DNA of 62,530 bases from Chiloscyllium plagiosum. Taxonomy: Eukaryota. The DNA is taken from NCBI RefSeq assembly GCF_004010195.1, contig NC_057720.1, positions 32,122,590 to 32,185,119 of the forward strand. Direction: 5' to 3'. The notes under the pieces were generated by a model. It searched no databases. It was not told the DNA's origin and was given only the letters and a program-made list of their open reading frames with translations. The position numbers were made by a program, and so were the translations under genes. Positions 39,007-52,290 of this stretch are shown in pieces. Within the stretch, counting starts at the first letter, position 1. Each line of letters begins with the position of its first letter.

Positions 39007-40319
39007 TAACTCAGTGGACATTGATAGTTTTCAGGCAATTGTCTTCAGTTTAACCATAGTCCCCGTTCCCTTACTAATGACTCCATCTCCCTCCTTGCCA
39101 ATTGCCTCAGGTTGAATCAGCTTTTCTGAAAATTGAACATCTTCTTTCGAGTCTATTCCAAATGTTCAATTCCATAGTCTGATGCAGGCACAATGGGCCA
39201 AATTGCCTCCTTCTGTGCCATAACACTTCTATGATATTCTTAATGAAGACTGTCCATTTCCATCTGTAATTTGCTGGTTTCTGTCCCAATCCAATTCACC
39301 AGTCAATGAAACCCTTAATTATTTAATAGATCTTCTAGTTGGCTATCCTTCTCCATTCATAAAAGTAGCAAGTTTAAAACTCTGCTGCTACTATCCTGTT
39401 CACCCTTATTGACTGACATTAGTTTCCAACCTCCAAACCATTGGATTTTATATTTCCAGGCTTGAGCTTAAGACTCTGAATAACCTAAATTCTTCACCAT
39501 CTTCTCCACTTTTACAACCCATCCACCCTGAAGTACAGTTCCTTGAATGTTTCAGCCCCTTTGCCAATTCTTGGTTCCTATACCTCCCACCATCTCAGCT
39601 CTATGTTATGGAATTCCCTCTTTCTCCATCTTTTCACCTCATTCTCCCTCTGCAAGACCCTTCTTAACGCCTATTTATTTGGACAAGCTTTTGGTTACTC
39701 TTCCTGGGGAGTTGTGCAAGTAAAGGATAAAGCAAGATTAGATTAGTAATCTAATCTAATCTAATCTAAAACTGGTTGAGCTTTCGATTAAAATGACCAT
39801 TATCCAACCTCTGTGACCTCTGTGACCACTGTCCTTTGTTATCTGAAGCCTTGTAGTTGTTCAGATCCTGCTGTGGGCTTCTTCATATAACTCAATTTTG
39901 CTAGAACTCCTTATTGCCATACTTGCTTAAATGTTGGATACAGTTTCTTAGATGTGACGATTGTTTCATGACCATACATTTTATGCATTGAAATTCTATG
40001 TAATAATGACAATAATCATACGTATTAATGCAGATTCACATCATGGGCACCTGGAGAAGAAGGTGTTGACTTGAAATTCACAAATGAAGGTACAACTGAT
40101 AACAATATAACCTGCAAATGCAACTAGTCAATAATTTAACAAAGTCAGCCGTGCAGCAAGTGCTTCACTCGCCAATGATCCCAGCAGCAATGCGATGGTC
40201 CATTGAAGAGCTGACTGGTAATATTTAAAACCTGGCAATGCAGGTCCTCATTCTCACTGAGAAATATGAATAGTAGCAGGCGCTAGGCTTGAAACCTAGC
40301 TATAACAGTTACTGAAGAT

Positions 40320-41030
40320 TGAGCATTAACTGTCAGCCAAAGCCAAGTTTTGTTTAAATTTTAAATCAATATGTCTGCTCTGTTTCATCTTTGCCCTGAG
40401 AAATAAACTAAAAAATGGCTGCCACCAATTTTGTTCAGTTTTGAAACACGTGCATCATGCATTAAGCAAAATACTGACAGACCCCAAACAGGTTGCACTT
40501 GCAAACCTCACAACAATGCCCAACATTCAATATGATTCTGTGATTGGACAGCACTTGTTAAATAATCCTAAGCCTGTGAAGAACTATGCTTACAATAAAT
40601 TAAAGATTTTCACTTGGGCTCACTATGTGATGCACTTGTATGTATTACAAGGTACATATACACAGGAACCCAATCTTTGCAGATGGATGGAACATGTGTG
40701 CACATTACATCTATTTCAACACAACAAAATAGGTGACAGCCATTTTCTGGATCATTTCTCAGGGCAGTGCTTTGACTAATCACAGTCAACCTGTCTAATA
40801 TTAAATTTAACCAAAGCTTGGCAGTTAACTATCATTCACCATTAACTGACAGATTCTTTATGGCCATAGCTTTACTAATCAGAGTCCACTGGTCAACCAA
40901 TCAGGTCTCATATTTAAATGTTGATTTTTCTTTATTTTGGTATTTCTTGTGAACTGTCCTGATGAGTACAAGAATGCAAATGTTTGACAAATTGTGTCTT
41001 TCTTCAGCAGTACTCAGGTTCTGTACTACC
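40320..41030 (+). mobile_element. Penelope-like retroelement 3' end: GIY-YIG endonuclease C-terminal relic plus terminal region
   Basis: ORF 40441..40779 (DSVIGQHLLNNP...HLYVLQGTYTQEPNLCRWMEHV) resembles PLE endonuclease C-termini. Decayed hammerhead TGTC-CTGATGA...GACA at 40955-40989. Partial inverted repeat, about 40326-40370 vs 40795-40830. Confidence 0.65.
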
Positions 41031-41054
41031 AAACCACAATAAGTGTTTTTTTGG

Positions 41055-41235
41055 AGATGGAAATATGCCACCTATATGACCTACATACAACTGCAGACCT
41101 CAACAATTAGGTTGTTTGTGGTCTGCCCTCTCAAGTGTTCTAGCAAGCTGTTCAGTTCAAGGTCGATTAGGAATCAGCAGTATATGCTGGCCTTGCCACA
41201 CACCATACACATGCCATGAGAAAATAAAGACAAAA
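41055..41235 (+). mobile_element. Deu-type SINE 3' half, degraded
   Basis: Similar to the 3' part of 28255-28645. Confidence 0.5.
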
Positions 41236-42091
41236 AGGCAAAGGACAAAAAAAAGAGATTTGATGGGTAATTCCAGTTGAAAGAAACAATGATTTTTACA
41301 GGAGTGATGGACTGAATAACTATTTCAGTGCTGTAGTTTCTATTATCACCCTTCACTTACTGTGCAGTATAAGGAATACATTTAGAAATTAGCCACAATT
41401 TGCAGTAATCCTAACACTGCAACAACATATGTGCTTCTAGTGGGATGGACACATATGGATTTGCTTTGCTGTAATTTCTTAAATCCTTAAGGATGTGAAT
41501 CGACTCAGGCTGACTTGAGTTGTGTTATTTCAACTCAGCCAGTGTTCTAATTCTGTTTTTCAGAGAACTATTTTCCCTCTCAACAGGCTCACATCAGTTT
41601 CTGTAAGCAGAACTGCCCCCTGTGATCTGGAAGCTATATTTTTGATGGTAATCTTCCTTTCAGCAGGTTTCATGGCCTGAAGGCTAACCTTAGTTCTAGT
41701 AATTAGTTTAGTGAATCAGATCAAGTCCCTTGTGTTTGAATTGTGCCTTTAATTGGTAGATATTACATTGACCATAATAACTAACACATTTATTTGTAAA
41801 TAAATAAGGATACAAAACATGAAGTACTTCACAAGTGCTGGAGAATGCAATACAAATCATGAAATGAATGAGAAGAGTCTTTATAAATCGAGTAATTAAC
41901 CACAATAAATTTATTGAGATGAACAGAAAATATTCTCAGTGTTTACAAAGTTATTGTTATTGTGAAGGTAGTTCAGCTTGCAAGGACTGCTTCATCATAA
42001 CATCTTCGGATGAGATGTGGTAAGAGCCATTAACCTTCACTACAGTTGCTCTACTGTTTGTATCCTTCATTACAGAGATTGTTAGCACTGT

Positions 42092-42240
42092 CTCAGCCAC
42101 ATTAGGGAGATGTAAACAATCCATAGATAAACACATGGGTGATTTTGGGATAGTGTAGGGGGCCGAGCTGAGAGTAGTTCACAGGTCGGCGCAACATCGA
42201 GGGCCGAAGGGCCTGTTCTGTGCTGTATTGTTCTATGTTA
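42092..42240 (+). mobile_element. CR1 tail, same subfamily as 6515-6680
   Basis: Near-identical ctcagccacattagggaga...cacaggtcggcgcaacatcgagggccgaag. Confidence 0.85.
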
Positions 42241-42545
42241 GGGCGGCATGGTGGCACAGTGGTTAGCACTGCTGCCTCACAGCGCCAGAGACCCGGGTTC
42301 AATTCCCGCCTCAGGCGACTGTCTATGTGGAGTTTGCACATTCTCCCCGTGTCTGTGTGGGTTTGCTCCGGTTTCCTCCCACAGTCCAAAAATATGCAGG
42401 TTAAGTGAACTGGCCATGCTAAATTGCCCGTAGTGTTAGGTGAAGGGGTAAGTGTAGGGGAATGGGTCTGGGTGGGTTGCGCTTCGGCGGGTCGGTGTGG
42501 ACTGGTTGGGCCGAAGGGCCTATTTCCACATTGTAAGTAATCTAA
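42241..42545 (+). mobile_element. V-SINE, young (CpG retained), inserted in a CR1 tail
   Basis: gggcggcatggtggcacagtgg head. tgttctatgt on both flanks. Confidence 0.9.
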
Positions 42546-43583
42546 AAATGTTCTATGTCTTAAATAGTCTTCAAAACAATTGCAAATTTTGTGGGTTTTT
42601 TTTATAATTTTTCATTTCTATAATATTCCATTAATGTAATAGAATTTGCAACAATAAATGTATACTGTTGCAGTTTCTTCTAAACCCGATTGTATCCCAG
42701 AGCCCTGTTTTTCACCAGGCTGGTTGAAACATCTTCTATATATTGGCATCACATAGAATTATGCTAATGTTATTATTTTTAAGTTTTGCTGTTTTAATAT
42801 TTCTGTTGTCTTACTGCTTCAGCATATTATTCAACCTGTAAATAAATCTGGACATTGGTTTCATGTTTCTTATGTTCTACCTGGCAGAGAATGGGACCTG
42901 CTTAATTAATAGAAATAACATCATCAGATTATCACTATTACAAGTGAATTATTATGCCAATATAGTAGAGTTTTGATCGACAGGAGAGTTGGTATGTTAT
43001 GAAACTTAACCTTTCAACAATAAACACAAACCAAGAACCTTTGTTCTATGCAATTTTGCGAAACATTCCCCTTTCAGCTTCCACTGGAAGTTTCTCAATG
43101 TTTTCAATCTTTCCAATTATCATCAAGAGACATCCTAAGTAAGGGATTCACGAAGAATTGAATGTTCTCAGACTAAAAACAAAGAGAGAAGGAGATGTGA
43201 ACAATTTAGTTTAGCAGAACAGTCAAGATCAGTTTTTTTAGAAATTTCAGTGTTGAGCAGAGCACGTAGCCTCTGCCAAAATAAGCATTCATACTTGGTG
43301 AACATGATCCCCACTTAAAAGTTTTGTTGTAATATCTTTAGGGAAGTTGTTTCTCACTACAAACAAGTGTATTGGTTCTCCTCAGCATTATGAATATAGG
43401 AAATTCAGCCAGGTTGGAGCATCCACCTGTAGGGAGCCTGCTCACTTTTCTAGTGAATTTGCCTCCATTTCACTATTTTTTGCCTCACGTGTTACTCTTG
43501 GTACTCTACCCCATCTTAATATGTGGCATCGCTGCTGCCAAATAAATACATGCCAGTTAACTTTAAGATATTTATTTTTTCAG

Positions 43584-43663
43584 ATACACAAGAAGCATGT
43601 GAAAAGTTCAAGGTTAAAAAGAAGCTCAAAAAGTATTCAGCAGCTGTTAAATCTGGGACGAAG
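43584..43663 (+). CDS. Exon 10 (DTQEACEKFKVKKKLKKYSAAVKSGTK), phase 1->0
   Basis: Acceptor tatttattttttcag, donor AAG|gttggt. Within ORF 43523..43708. Contains a basic, NLS-like stretch. Confidence 0.65.
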
Positions 43664-45374
43664 GTTGGTAAAAATAGGAACATAAACCAAACCATTGAGT
43701 GGTGTTGAGGTGGTGGAATGAGAAATGGAATTAAACTACTTCACTTCTATTATCATAATTCAGTTAATCCACTGTGCTGTTCAACCTGATCTACTTGAAA
43801 TCATATTGACTTAAAAAAATACTTTTCACAGTATAAAAGCTGACAAATTCCTCAATTGTTCAAAATTGAACTACGTAACCCTTCATTTTTGATTACTTAA
43901 TAGCACAAATATTTGTCATGCAGAATAAGATGCGTAATACTATCAGTGAATCAGTTTATTAATCAGTCTCAGATGTATGCACTCTAGATCAATGACATAG
44001 CTGAGGGGACAGAGAGAATTGTTTCCAAGTTTGTTCATCATGCAAACTTTGATTGGAAAGTTAGTTTTGATGACAATGCAAAGAGACAGGTAAGGGATTT
44101 AGACAAGTTAAATAAATCAACAAGAACATGGCCAATGGAATATAATGTGAAGAAACATGAAGCTATCCATTTTGCTAGAAAAAATAGAAAGATAGAATAT
44201 TTTAAAAGCTGAGTGACTGAGAAATACAGGTGAGCGGAATCAGGTAGATCTTGTACTCAGTTCGTAAAAAATGTGCTGGTGCTGTATACTATTAGGAAAG
44301 CAAATTATATGTTAGCCTCTATGACAAAATAATTTGTGTACAAAATTAAAGAATGTTAAACTTCTGACAGCTGGTTGGTGAATGATATCACCAGAAGTCA
44401 AAAGTGGAAGTTTATGGTGGATATCAAGGGCTTGAAACAATAGAAATCCTAGAGGAGTGTCAGATGTGTCCAGGGTTACTTAAAAATGCAATTACGAGAG
44501 TGAAAAGGGGCATGGCAAAAACACTAGTGGGTAAAATAAATGAAAATCTAAAGTCATTTTTAAGTATATTAAAGGAAAGAGTATAACCAGGGAAAGAATG
44601 CGGCTCCATTAGGGATAAAGAGGCAATGTATCTGTGGAACCCAAAGATTTCGATGAGGTTTTAAATGATTACTTTGTATCTGTCTTCATCGTTGAGAAGA
44701 ACGAAGTAGATATAGTAATCCTAGAGGGCGATTGTGATAAACTTAAACAAATTAGCATTGAGAAGAGGGAGGTATTAGTCATTTTAACAGGTTGGTTGCA
44801 TCCAAGGCCCAGATGCCATGCATCCTATAGGTTACTGTAGAAGGCAAGGAAGGAGATTGACATAAATGTTCAAATCCTCTCTGGACTCTAGAAATATGCT
44901 AAGTGATTAGAAGACAACTAATGTGGTACCATTGTTCAAGAAGAGTGGTAGTAATAAACCAGGCAACTACAGGCCTGTGAGCCTAACATCAGAAATAGGA
45001 AAGCTTATGGAAAAGATTTCTGATGAACGGAATTTATTCCACTTGGAGAGACAACATTACTTGAGAATAATCAGTATGGCTTCTTCAGAGGAAGATCATG
45101 TCTGTCAAATTTGATTGTGTTTTCTTGAGGGGTGACTTGATGTGTGGATGAAAGTACCACAGCTGATGTGGTCCACTTGGACTTTGATAAGTGTTTTACA
45201 AAGTGTTGCATGAGAGACTAGGTAAGATCCAGGACAAATTGGCAAATTGAATCCAAAATTGGCTGAGTGATAGGAGGGTGAGGGTGCTGGATGAAAGTTC
45301 TTTTTGCCATTGGAAACCTGTGCTGAGTGACAGACTACAGGGTTCAAGGCTGTCCTTGCTGTTTGTTTTGTTAA

Positions 45375-45590
45375 GGGGATGAGTTAGCTCAGTTAACTGG
45401 ATGGTCAGTTTGTGATGTAGAATAATACCAAAAGCATGAGTTCAATTCCCACTCTGGCTAATGTTACCAATGAAGGATTCCTCCTTCTCAACCTCTCCCC
45501 TCACATGAGGTATGGTAACTGTCAGCTTAAACCACCACCAGTCATATCTCTGATGAGAGAAGAGCACTATGATGTGTTTACCTTTACCTT
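45375..45590 (+). mobile_element. Third-family SINE nested in CR1
   Basis: Matches 7307-7510, (tttacc)n tail. Confidence 0.7.
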
Positions 45591-46224
45591 GCATTAATGA
45601 TTTGGACACAAAAATAGGAGGTTTTATTAGTAAGTTGGCAGATGATACAAAAATTGGTCATGTGGTAAATAGTGAGGAGGAAAGCTTTAGACAGCAAGAA
45701 GATATAGACAGGCTGGTCAGATGGCAAAACAATGGCAGGTGGATTTTAATCCTGAAAAGTGAGAGGAGATGCATTTAGAAATGCTAACAAAGCAAGAGAG
45801 TGTGCAATGAATGGTAGGACCCTAGATAATACTGAAGATCAGCATGACCTTGGTAAGTATATACATAGATCCTTGAAGGCAACAGGACAGATGGATAGGG
45901 TGGTTAACAGGGCAAATGGGATACTTGCCTTTATTAGTCACGGTATAGAATACATGAGTTAGGAAGTTATTATGGAGCTGCATAAGACATTGATTTGACC
46001 ACAGCTGCAGTAATGTGTGCAGTTTTGGCCACTTCATTTTCGATAGGTCATGATTGCTGTCAAGCAGGTGCAGAGGAGATTCACCAGGATGCTACCTGAG
46101 ATGGAGCATTTCAGCTATGAAGAAAGACTACATAAGTTAGTGTTGTTCTCTTTGGATCAGAGCTGTTGAGGGGGAGCCTAACTGACGTGTACAAGATTAT
46201 GTACAACATAAGTAGGAATGATAA

Positions 46225-46465
46225 AAAACAGAAAAAACTGAATGTGGAAATCTGAAACAAAACCAGAAATAGGTGGGGGTCTGGCAGCATCTGTGAAGAG
46301 TAAGCAGAGTTAACTTTTTGTGACCAGAGACACGTCATCAGAATCCAAGTTCTTCAGTTGTGAAGAAGAGTCACTGGACCAAAAATGTAAACTCTGCTCT
46401 CTCTCTCTCTTTCCACAGATGCTGCCAGACCTACTGAGTTTCTCCAGAAATTTCTGTACTTGTTG
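46225..46465. mobile_element. Palindromic family B element nested in CR1
   Basis: ggtctggcagcatctgtg and cacagatgctgccagacc arms with a decayed hammerhead centre. Confidence 0.65.
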
Positions 46466-46713
46466 AAAGGAATAAATCTCTCCCCTTAGTGGAGGGGTCA
46501 GTTACTAGGAAGTATAGATTTAAGATAAGAGGGAGGAGGTTTAAAGGAGGTTTAAGGAGAACTTCTTTCACCTAGAGGGTGGTGGGTATCTGGAACTCAC
46601 TGCCTGAAATGGTGTTAGAGGTGAGAACCATTACAATATTTAAGAATTATTTAGATGAATACTTGAAATATAATAGCATACAAGGCTATGGACCAAGTAG
46701 TGAATATGGGACT

Positions 46714-47858
46714 TGTGCCGATGCTGACACTTTAAAAGGTTATTTTGTCCTATTTTTATTTGAAGAGAAGTTGTAAGGCAGAAGTGTTACACTGGCTACT
46801 GAGACAATTTGTGTGAACAACCTATGAGGCCTTTTTTTTAAACAGCCTGAATGGGCATCAACAGCTCTCACAGATCCAGATTTCTGGGTTTTGTTTTTCC
46901 CAGTAGCATCAGAGGTTATTGGGATCTCAAAAGACTTGGAGGCTTCAGTAATGTCTCCTGCTGCTACACTCTCTGCATTTTCTCTTGATCTTTTTCCACC
47001 TGGATTAGTTTGGAAACATGTTGTGGAACTTGAAAGGGTTCAGAAAAGATTTACAAGGATGTTGCCAGGGTTGGAGGATTTGAGCTATAGGGAGAGGTTG
47101 AATAGACTGGGGCTGTTTTCCCTGGAGTGTCGGAGGCTGAGGGGTGACCTTACAGAGGTTTATAAAATCATAAGGGGCATAGATAAGATAAATAGACAAA
47201 GTCTTTTCCCTGGGGTGGGGGAATTCAGAATTAGAGGACATAGATTTGGGGTGAGAGGGGAAAGATGTACAAGAGACCTAAGGGGCAACTTTTTCACGCA
47301 GAGGGTGGTACGAGCATGAAATGAGCTGCCAGAGGAAGTGGTGGAGGCTGGTACAAATGCAACATTTGAAAGGCACGTGGATGGGTATATGAATAGGAAG
47401 GGTTTGGAGGGATATGGGCCAGTGCTGGCAGGTGGGACTAGATTGGGTTGGAATATCTGGTCGACATGGACAAGTTGGACCGAAGGGTTTGTTTCCGCGT
47501 TGTACATCTCTATGACTCTAAGACTCTATGAGAATCTGTGGGAATCTGTGTCTGAATTTTCCTTTTCGCCAAGGGGTTTGTTTATGGTCGTCACTATATT
47601 GGTACAGTTAATTAGTATCTATTATTATCCAGTATCTATTATTTGGCTATGTTTTCCAATAGTAAAGTTATTCTACGTTCCTCTTTCTTTTGTTTGTATT
47701 TTAACTATAGTGTTTAAATAAATTGTGCTTTGCTTAACATCGAGTAGTTTGACCAGTCACATCACATCTGGAATAGGGCACTTTACATCTGCCTTTAAAA
47801 GCTAGGTCTAGGCTACCTTCCTAAAATATTTTGAAGGGATCTGGTCTGGTCCACAACA
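46714..47858 (+). mobile_element. Solo LTR
   Basis: Starts TG(tgccg), ends (cacaa)CA, 4-bp TSD gact (46710-46713/47859-47862), aataaa near 47717. Confidence 0.7.
47007..47530 (+). mobile_element. CR1 3' end nested in the solo LTR
   Basis: LERVQKRFTRMLPGL...FFTQRVV. gactcta repeats at the tail. Confidence 0.9.
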
Positions 47859-47904
47859 GACTGGAGCAGATGTCCAGTCTTGTCAATTATTGTGTTAGGG
47901 AGAA

Positions 47905-48028
47905 ATTGAGGTCTGCAGCTGCTGGAGAGCAGAGTTGAGAGAGGGCTGCTGGAAAAGCACAGCAGGTCATGCAGCATCAGAGGAGCAGAATAATCGATGT
48001 TTTGGGCAAGAGATCTTCATCAGGAAGG
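47905..48028 (-). mobile_element. Family A element
   Basis: gctggaaaagcacagcaggtca...cttcatcagg. Decayed minus-strand hammerhead. Confidence 0.65.
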
Positions 48029-49849
48029 TTCCATGGCATCCATGGTAAGTTCCACACTAATGCACACTTCACTATACTATATAAACTAGAGCAACACTTG
48101 CAATCCATTCATGGTGAATAGGCTCTGGGATGTCATCACCCATGGTTAAATGGGAAAGTGGACTCGATGGGCCAAGTGGCTTTATTTCCACTCCTATGTC
48201 TTATGGTATTTAATCTATTAGTATCTGTATGTAGGTAAGTATGATTTATGGCAATCTTTACTAGAAATGAAATTATTAAAGGTTAAATGTGTAATTGCTA
48301 CATCTTTCATTATCTGTACGTTTTCTGTTTTTCACCATCTTCTCAGTCACACCTACAACGATTCACAACAACTTATAGGAAAACTTTATTGAAAGAATGG
48401 GTTTCTATGGCAAAAGGAGGGAAAAAAATTAGAGATGGAACCATGAACCTCTATAGTAACAAATGATTTTACAGAACCAAAAATGGTGAGGTTTATTGTC
48501 TGGTTGTTTCATGACCTGTGTGCTTCTAAAGTTTAACTTATTCATTTTGAATTGGGAGGCCCGAGTGGAACATGGAGCAGCTACTGAATTGATCTGAAAG
48601 TTCTTCAACTTGAAGCTCAAATGCAATATTTTTATTCCTTATTGAAGAGAATCAATTGTCCTGTAAAGTTAGTGACATCTCCAATCACGTCTACTCCTGG
48701 TACTGCTGAAATTTACAAGTGTCTTCAATAATTATTTCTGTGCATGTCACATATGCTCCAAAACAACGTTCAAAGTTGCCAATATAGCAAATTTGAAACT
48801 CGCTGAGCTACATTAGAAACTGCTCTAAAATGAAAACATTGAATCTAAGAAAATTTACTTATGTAGCATCCACACTTCTATTATTCTACTCTTAATTCTT
48901 TCTACTTGTACCAATGAAAATTAAGTGATCCATTTTCAGTATTAATGTTTACCAGGGAAAGCACATGTTACACATTTCTATTTGTATTTCATATTCATTC
49001 TCACACTTCATTATTCCCTTCTTTGTGTCAATTATTTGGCCTAATAAATGACATCTTCCAAAAGCCTTGCTCAATGCCTTGTCTGGAATCAAAACGCAAT
49101 AGAGACCTGCATCACACTGTGTGGTAGAATTACATTTAACATATTTTATAGGAATTTATAATAACTGGACTTTAATGCTGTCAGATATTTCTATTCAGAA
49201 ATAGTAATATTTCCAACAAGAATGGAAGCTCTGTAGAGCACTTAACTGGAACATTTTAATCCATAAGACGAGATCAGTTGGGAATAGATGGGTGAGGAAG
49301 ATTTTTCAATTTTCAGTCAGAGTCACAATGTGGTTCCAACAACTTACTTTCAGTTTTAGTAGAAGCGTATTTAAATATTAATAAGGAACCTATGTGATGT
49401 AGTAAGGGATTTAATTGCTACAGGCAGGCAGGCAGTTATAAATGCAATTACTATCCTTAAAATAATCAATGGGGTATTTTCAAATTGCATTTAACTCCAT
49501 TCAAAATGTAACATGTGCAGTACAGGTTTACTGGACTTTGAGAAATTGACAGGAAAACAAAGGCAAGTTTGAGCAGCAGTTTAAGTGGCATTTAAACTTT
49601 TCATTGTGCTAATTGAATAAAGCCTTATTTATTGCAGCTGCTGCCTCAGTATGCACTGATGAAAGTTTTGCAGATTTTTTTTCAACAATAAGGGCTTTGA
49701 AACTGACAAGATCAGGATGGGTGGCACATTAGACGTGTTCAACCAAATGTCAGTGGAGGAAGACCAGCACCATTCATGGCAAGTCTTTGAAGCAAACAGA
49801 ACAGAGGAACATTTAGATTTTGCAACATTTAAAACAGCTTTAAGTTAAT

Positions 49850-51090
49850 AAGAATAGTCACTTGAAGAAGTAATAGCAGGAGAAATAATATTGTCATCAA
49901 GATTGAATGTTAGAGACTGGTCAAATAACACACAGGATTAGAAATCTTTGAAGAAAAATGTTCCCGGATACAGAATTGCTTTAGCTTAAATGCTAAATAC
50001 CAAACTGATTAAGTAAATATACTTTTGTATTCAGTAGGTCCAACAGCTGATGACATCAGCAATTGGTAAATACAAACGAAGGCATAGTTACTTTTCAAGA
50101 AATGAAAACAGTGTTTGATAATTACTTTCAATCTGAGATCATATAAAACATTGAAAGAGCAAGATTTACCAAAAGAGGTTAGCATCTATATAATTTCATT
50201 GATGACTCTTTAACAAACTTTAACTGTGGAGCTTTGAAAGCAGAATTCAGAAGAAACAGTCTTGGTATTGTTGATGAGTCAGTGTCAGAATTTTTACAGT
50301 CCAAAAAGAATTTGATTTTAAAGAAAGCTGTTCAAATTGTGCTGGATGGAGAAACCAGGAAGAATCACAGACAAATCCTGAGAGAAGCAGAAAACTGAGA
50401 AGACAGGAGACCAACAGAATCTGTCCACTTTATCAGATGCAAACACTCTTCAGACACACATTACAAGCCAACACAAGCAATGGGCCCAATAGCAAAGAGT
50501 CAGCACTGTGTGACAAAAAAGTCTCATTGCCACAAACAGTGCTTCAGCTAAATAATGCAACATCAGTGAAACTGTTAGTCACTTTCAAAAGATGGGCAGA
50601 CATAAAAGATGGTTTCAGAGCTGCAAAAACCTAATACTTAACCATTTAAAGAGATTAATGTTGTAGAACTCTCTCCTGTGGAAAATATGCCAATCAGCCA
50701 ATATAAAAACACCAAAATTAGCCAATATACCTACGTTAGAAAAAGTAGCCATGGCATTCCTTGGGTACATCCGTGCTCTAACTGATTTAAATTTGACAGA
50801 ACTGCTGTAGATTAATGTAAATTTCATTAACTTTAAGCTTGGTACAGATATGAATGTCACTATCCTATCAGACAAATACTACGGCTTGAAGAAGCAGCAA
50901 TTAGAGCTTACATACATGAAACAACCTGGCACAGGTGGAATATCTCTCAAGAGAAAAAAGGTCTGCTCCAGATACAACAGCAATACAATGAGCAAAGGGG
51001 AGTAGAAAATGTTAATTCACAATCAATACTTCTCATTTTCAAGTCCAATTCAGCGTTTGACCTCAACATCCTAAAGATAGCACAAGAAAC
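49850..51090 (+). mobile_element. Degraded Gypsy gag-protease relic
   Basis: VNILLYSVGPTADDI and GIVDESVSEFLQSK (gag-like), NFKLGTDMNVTILSD (decayed DTG protease motif). Confidence 0.6.
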
Positions 51091-51194
51091 ATTCAATACA
51101 TATGTCTGTTAGATAAGTTGTTGATTCATCTCTATCATTCTCCTTATTAATGATAGTCCCCTAGGTTCAGTATCAATATCCAGCTGGGAAGCAT

Positions 51195-51295
51195 TTGGAA
51201 AGAAAAACAGAAATTGCTGGAAAAGCAGGTCTGGCAGCATCTGTGGGGAGAAATCAGATTTAACGTTTTGGATCGAGTGACCCTTCCTCAGAAAA
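51195..51295 (-). mobile_element. Family B element
   Basis: Minus strand CTGAGGA-A-GGGTC-ACTC-GATCC-AAAAC-GTT, with G12 lost by a CpG-type change. Confidence 0.65.
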
Positions 51296-52049
51296 GCTTG
51301 CCACTCCCCCTTTCTCCCATCCTAGAGTCTCCACTGCTGCCCTCCATAAGTGAAAAACCATTTAACTTTGCAGTTGGACCCATCAAAATATGACTGTTTG
51401 CATTGGTGTGTTGCTGTAGGTGCTTTGGCAGTGAGTCATCAGAATGAATGAGCAATTGACCTTATGGAATTCCTGAGATATTTGTTGTGTGTGTGAAAAA
51501 CCTGGGGGACAAAGGAAAGAGATATGATTTAGTCATGGGAAAATCACAATCTTGGCATCATACTACTCAATTCTCTCATTGGCTATGTATTGATGTAGTG
51601 AAGTCAGCATTTGCAATTTATGAAAAACATGGAAGTGCAGAAAATGTATTTTGTAATTCTATCAACAGCTAACTGGTAGCTCCTAATCTCCATCTCTGGC
51701 TGAAAGAGGAGCAGATGTGGTGGTTCACATCAAGTTCTTTCTTTCTCTCTCTTCCCTTTTATGCTTTATCTCCAACAGGAGATAATAGAACAGATCAGTA
51801 AATGATTGAAGGTCAGGTATGCACTCAATGAATGCAGTGCATTATGTGATCATGACTCGGAGGCAGCAGCATCAAATTTCCTCAGGGTTATGGGTGAGTC
51901 ACAATGGTAAGTGGGTACATGGGGCGATAATGAAGTATATAAATATTCACAAAGTAACTGATCATTTTTCCTGGGGGAGTCTGGAAGTTATAAATGATGC
52001 TTAGCAATGCAAGCATGAGAGCAAGTGACTATGATTGTAATACACGTTT

Positions 52050-52290
52050 AATATTTTTTATTCATTCATGGGATGTAGGTGTTGTTGTCTAGGCCAGTAA
52101 TTATTACCCAATTCTAATTGCCCAGAGAGCAGTGGAGCATCAATCACATTGCTGTGGTTCTGGAGGCCAGATCAGGTAAGGACACCAGAATCCCTTCCCT
52201 AAAAAACATCAGTAAACCAGATGGCTTTTTAAAACAATTGATAGCTGTTCCATGTTTGCCTTTAGATTGGCATTTTATTTCAGATTTTCA
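52050..52290 (-). mobile_element. Deu-type SINE, partial
   Basis: ggccagatcaggtaaggacaccagaatcccttccctaaaaaacatcagtaaacc is the reverse complement of the core. Confidence 0.6.

Larger units (their letters stand above)
43975..46713 (+). mobile_element. Degraded CR1 LINE(s) with nested SINE, PLE element and solo LTR
   Basis: PLFKKSG..PGNYRPVSLTS and ISKLADDTK motifs. Tail interrupted at 46713. Confidence 0.85.
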
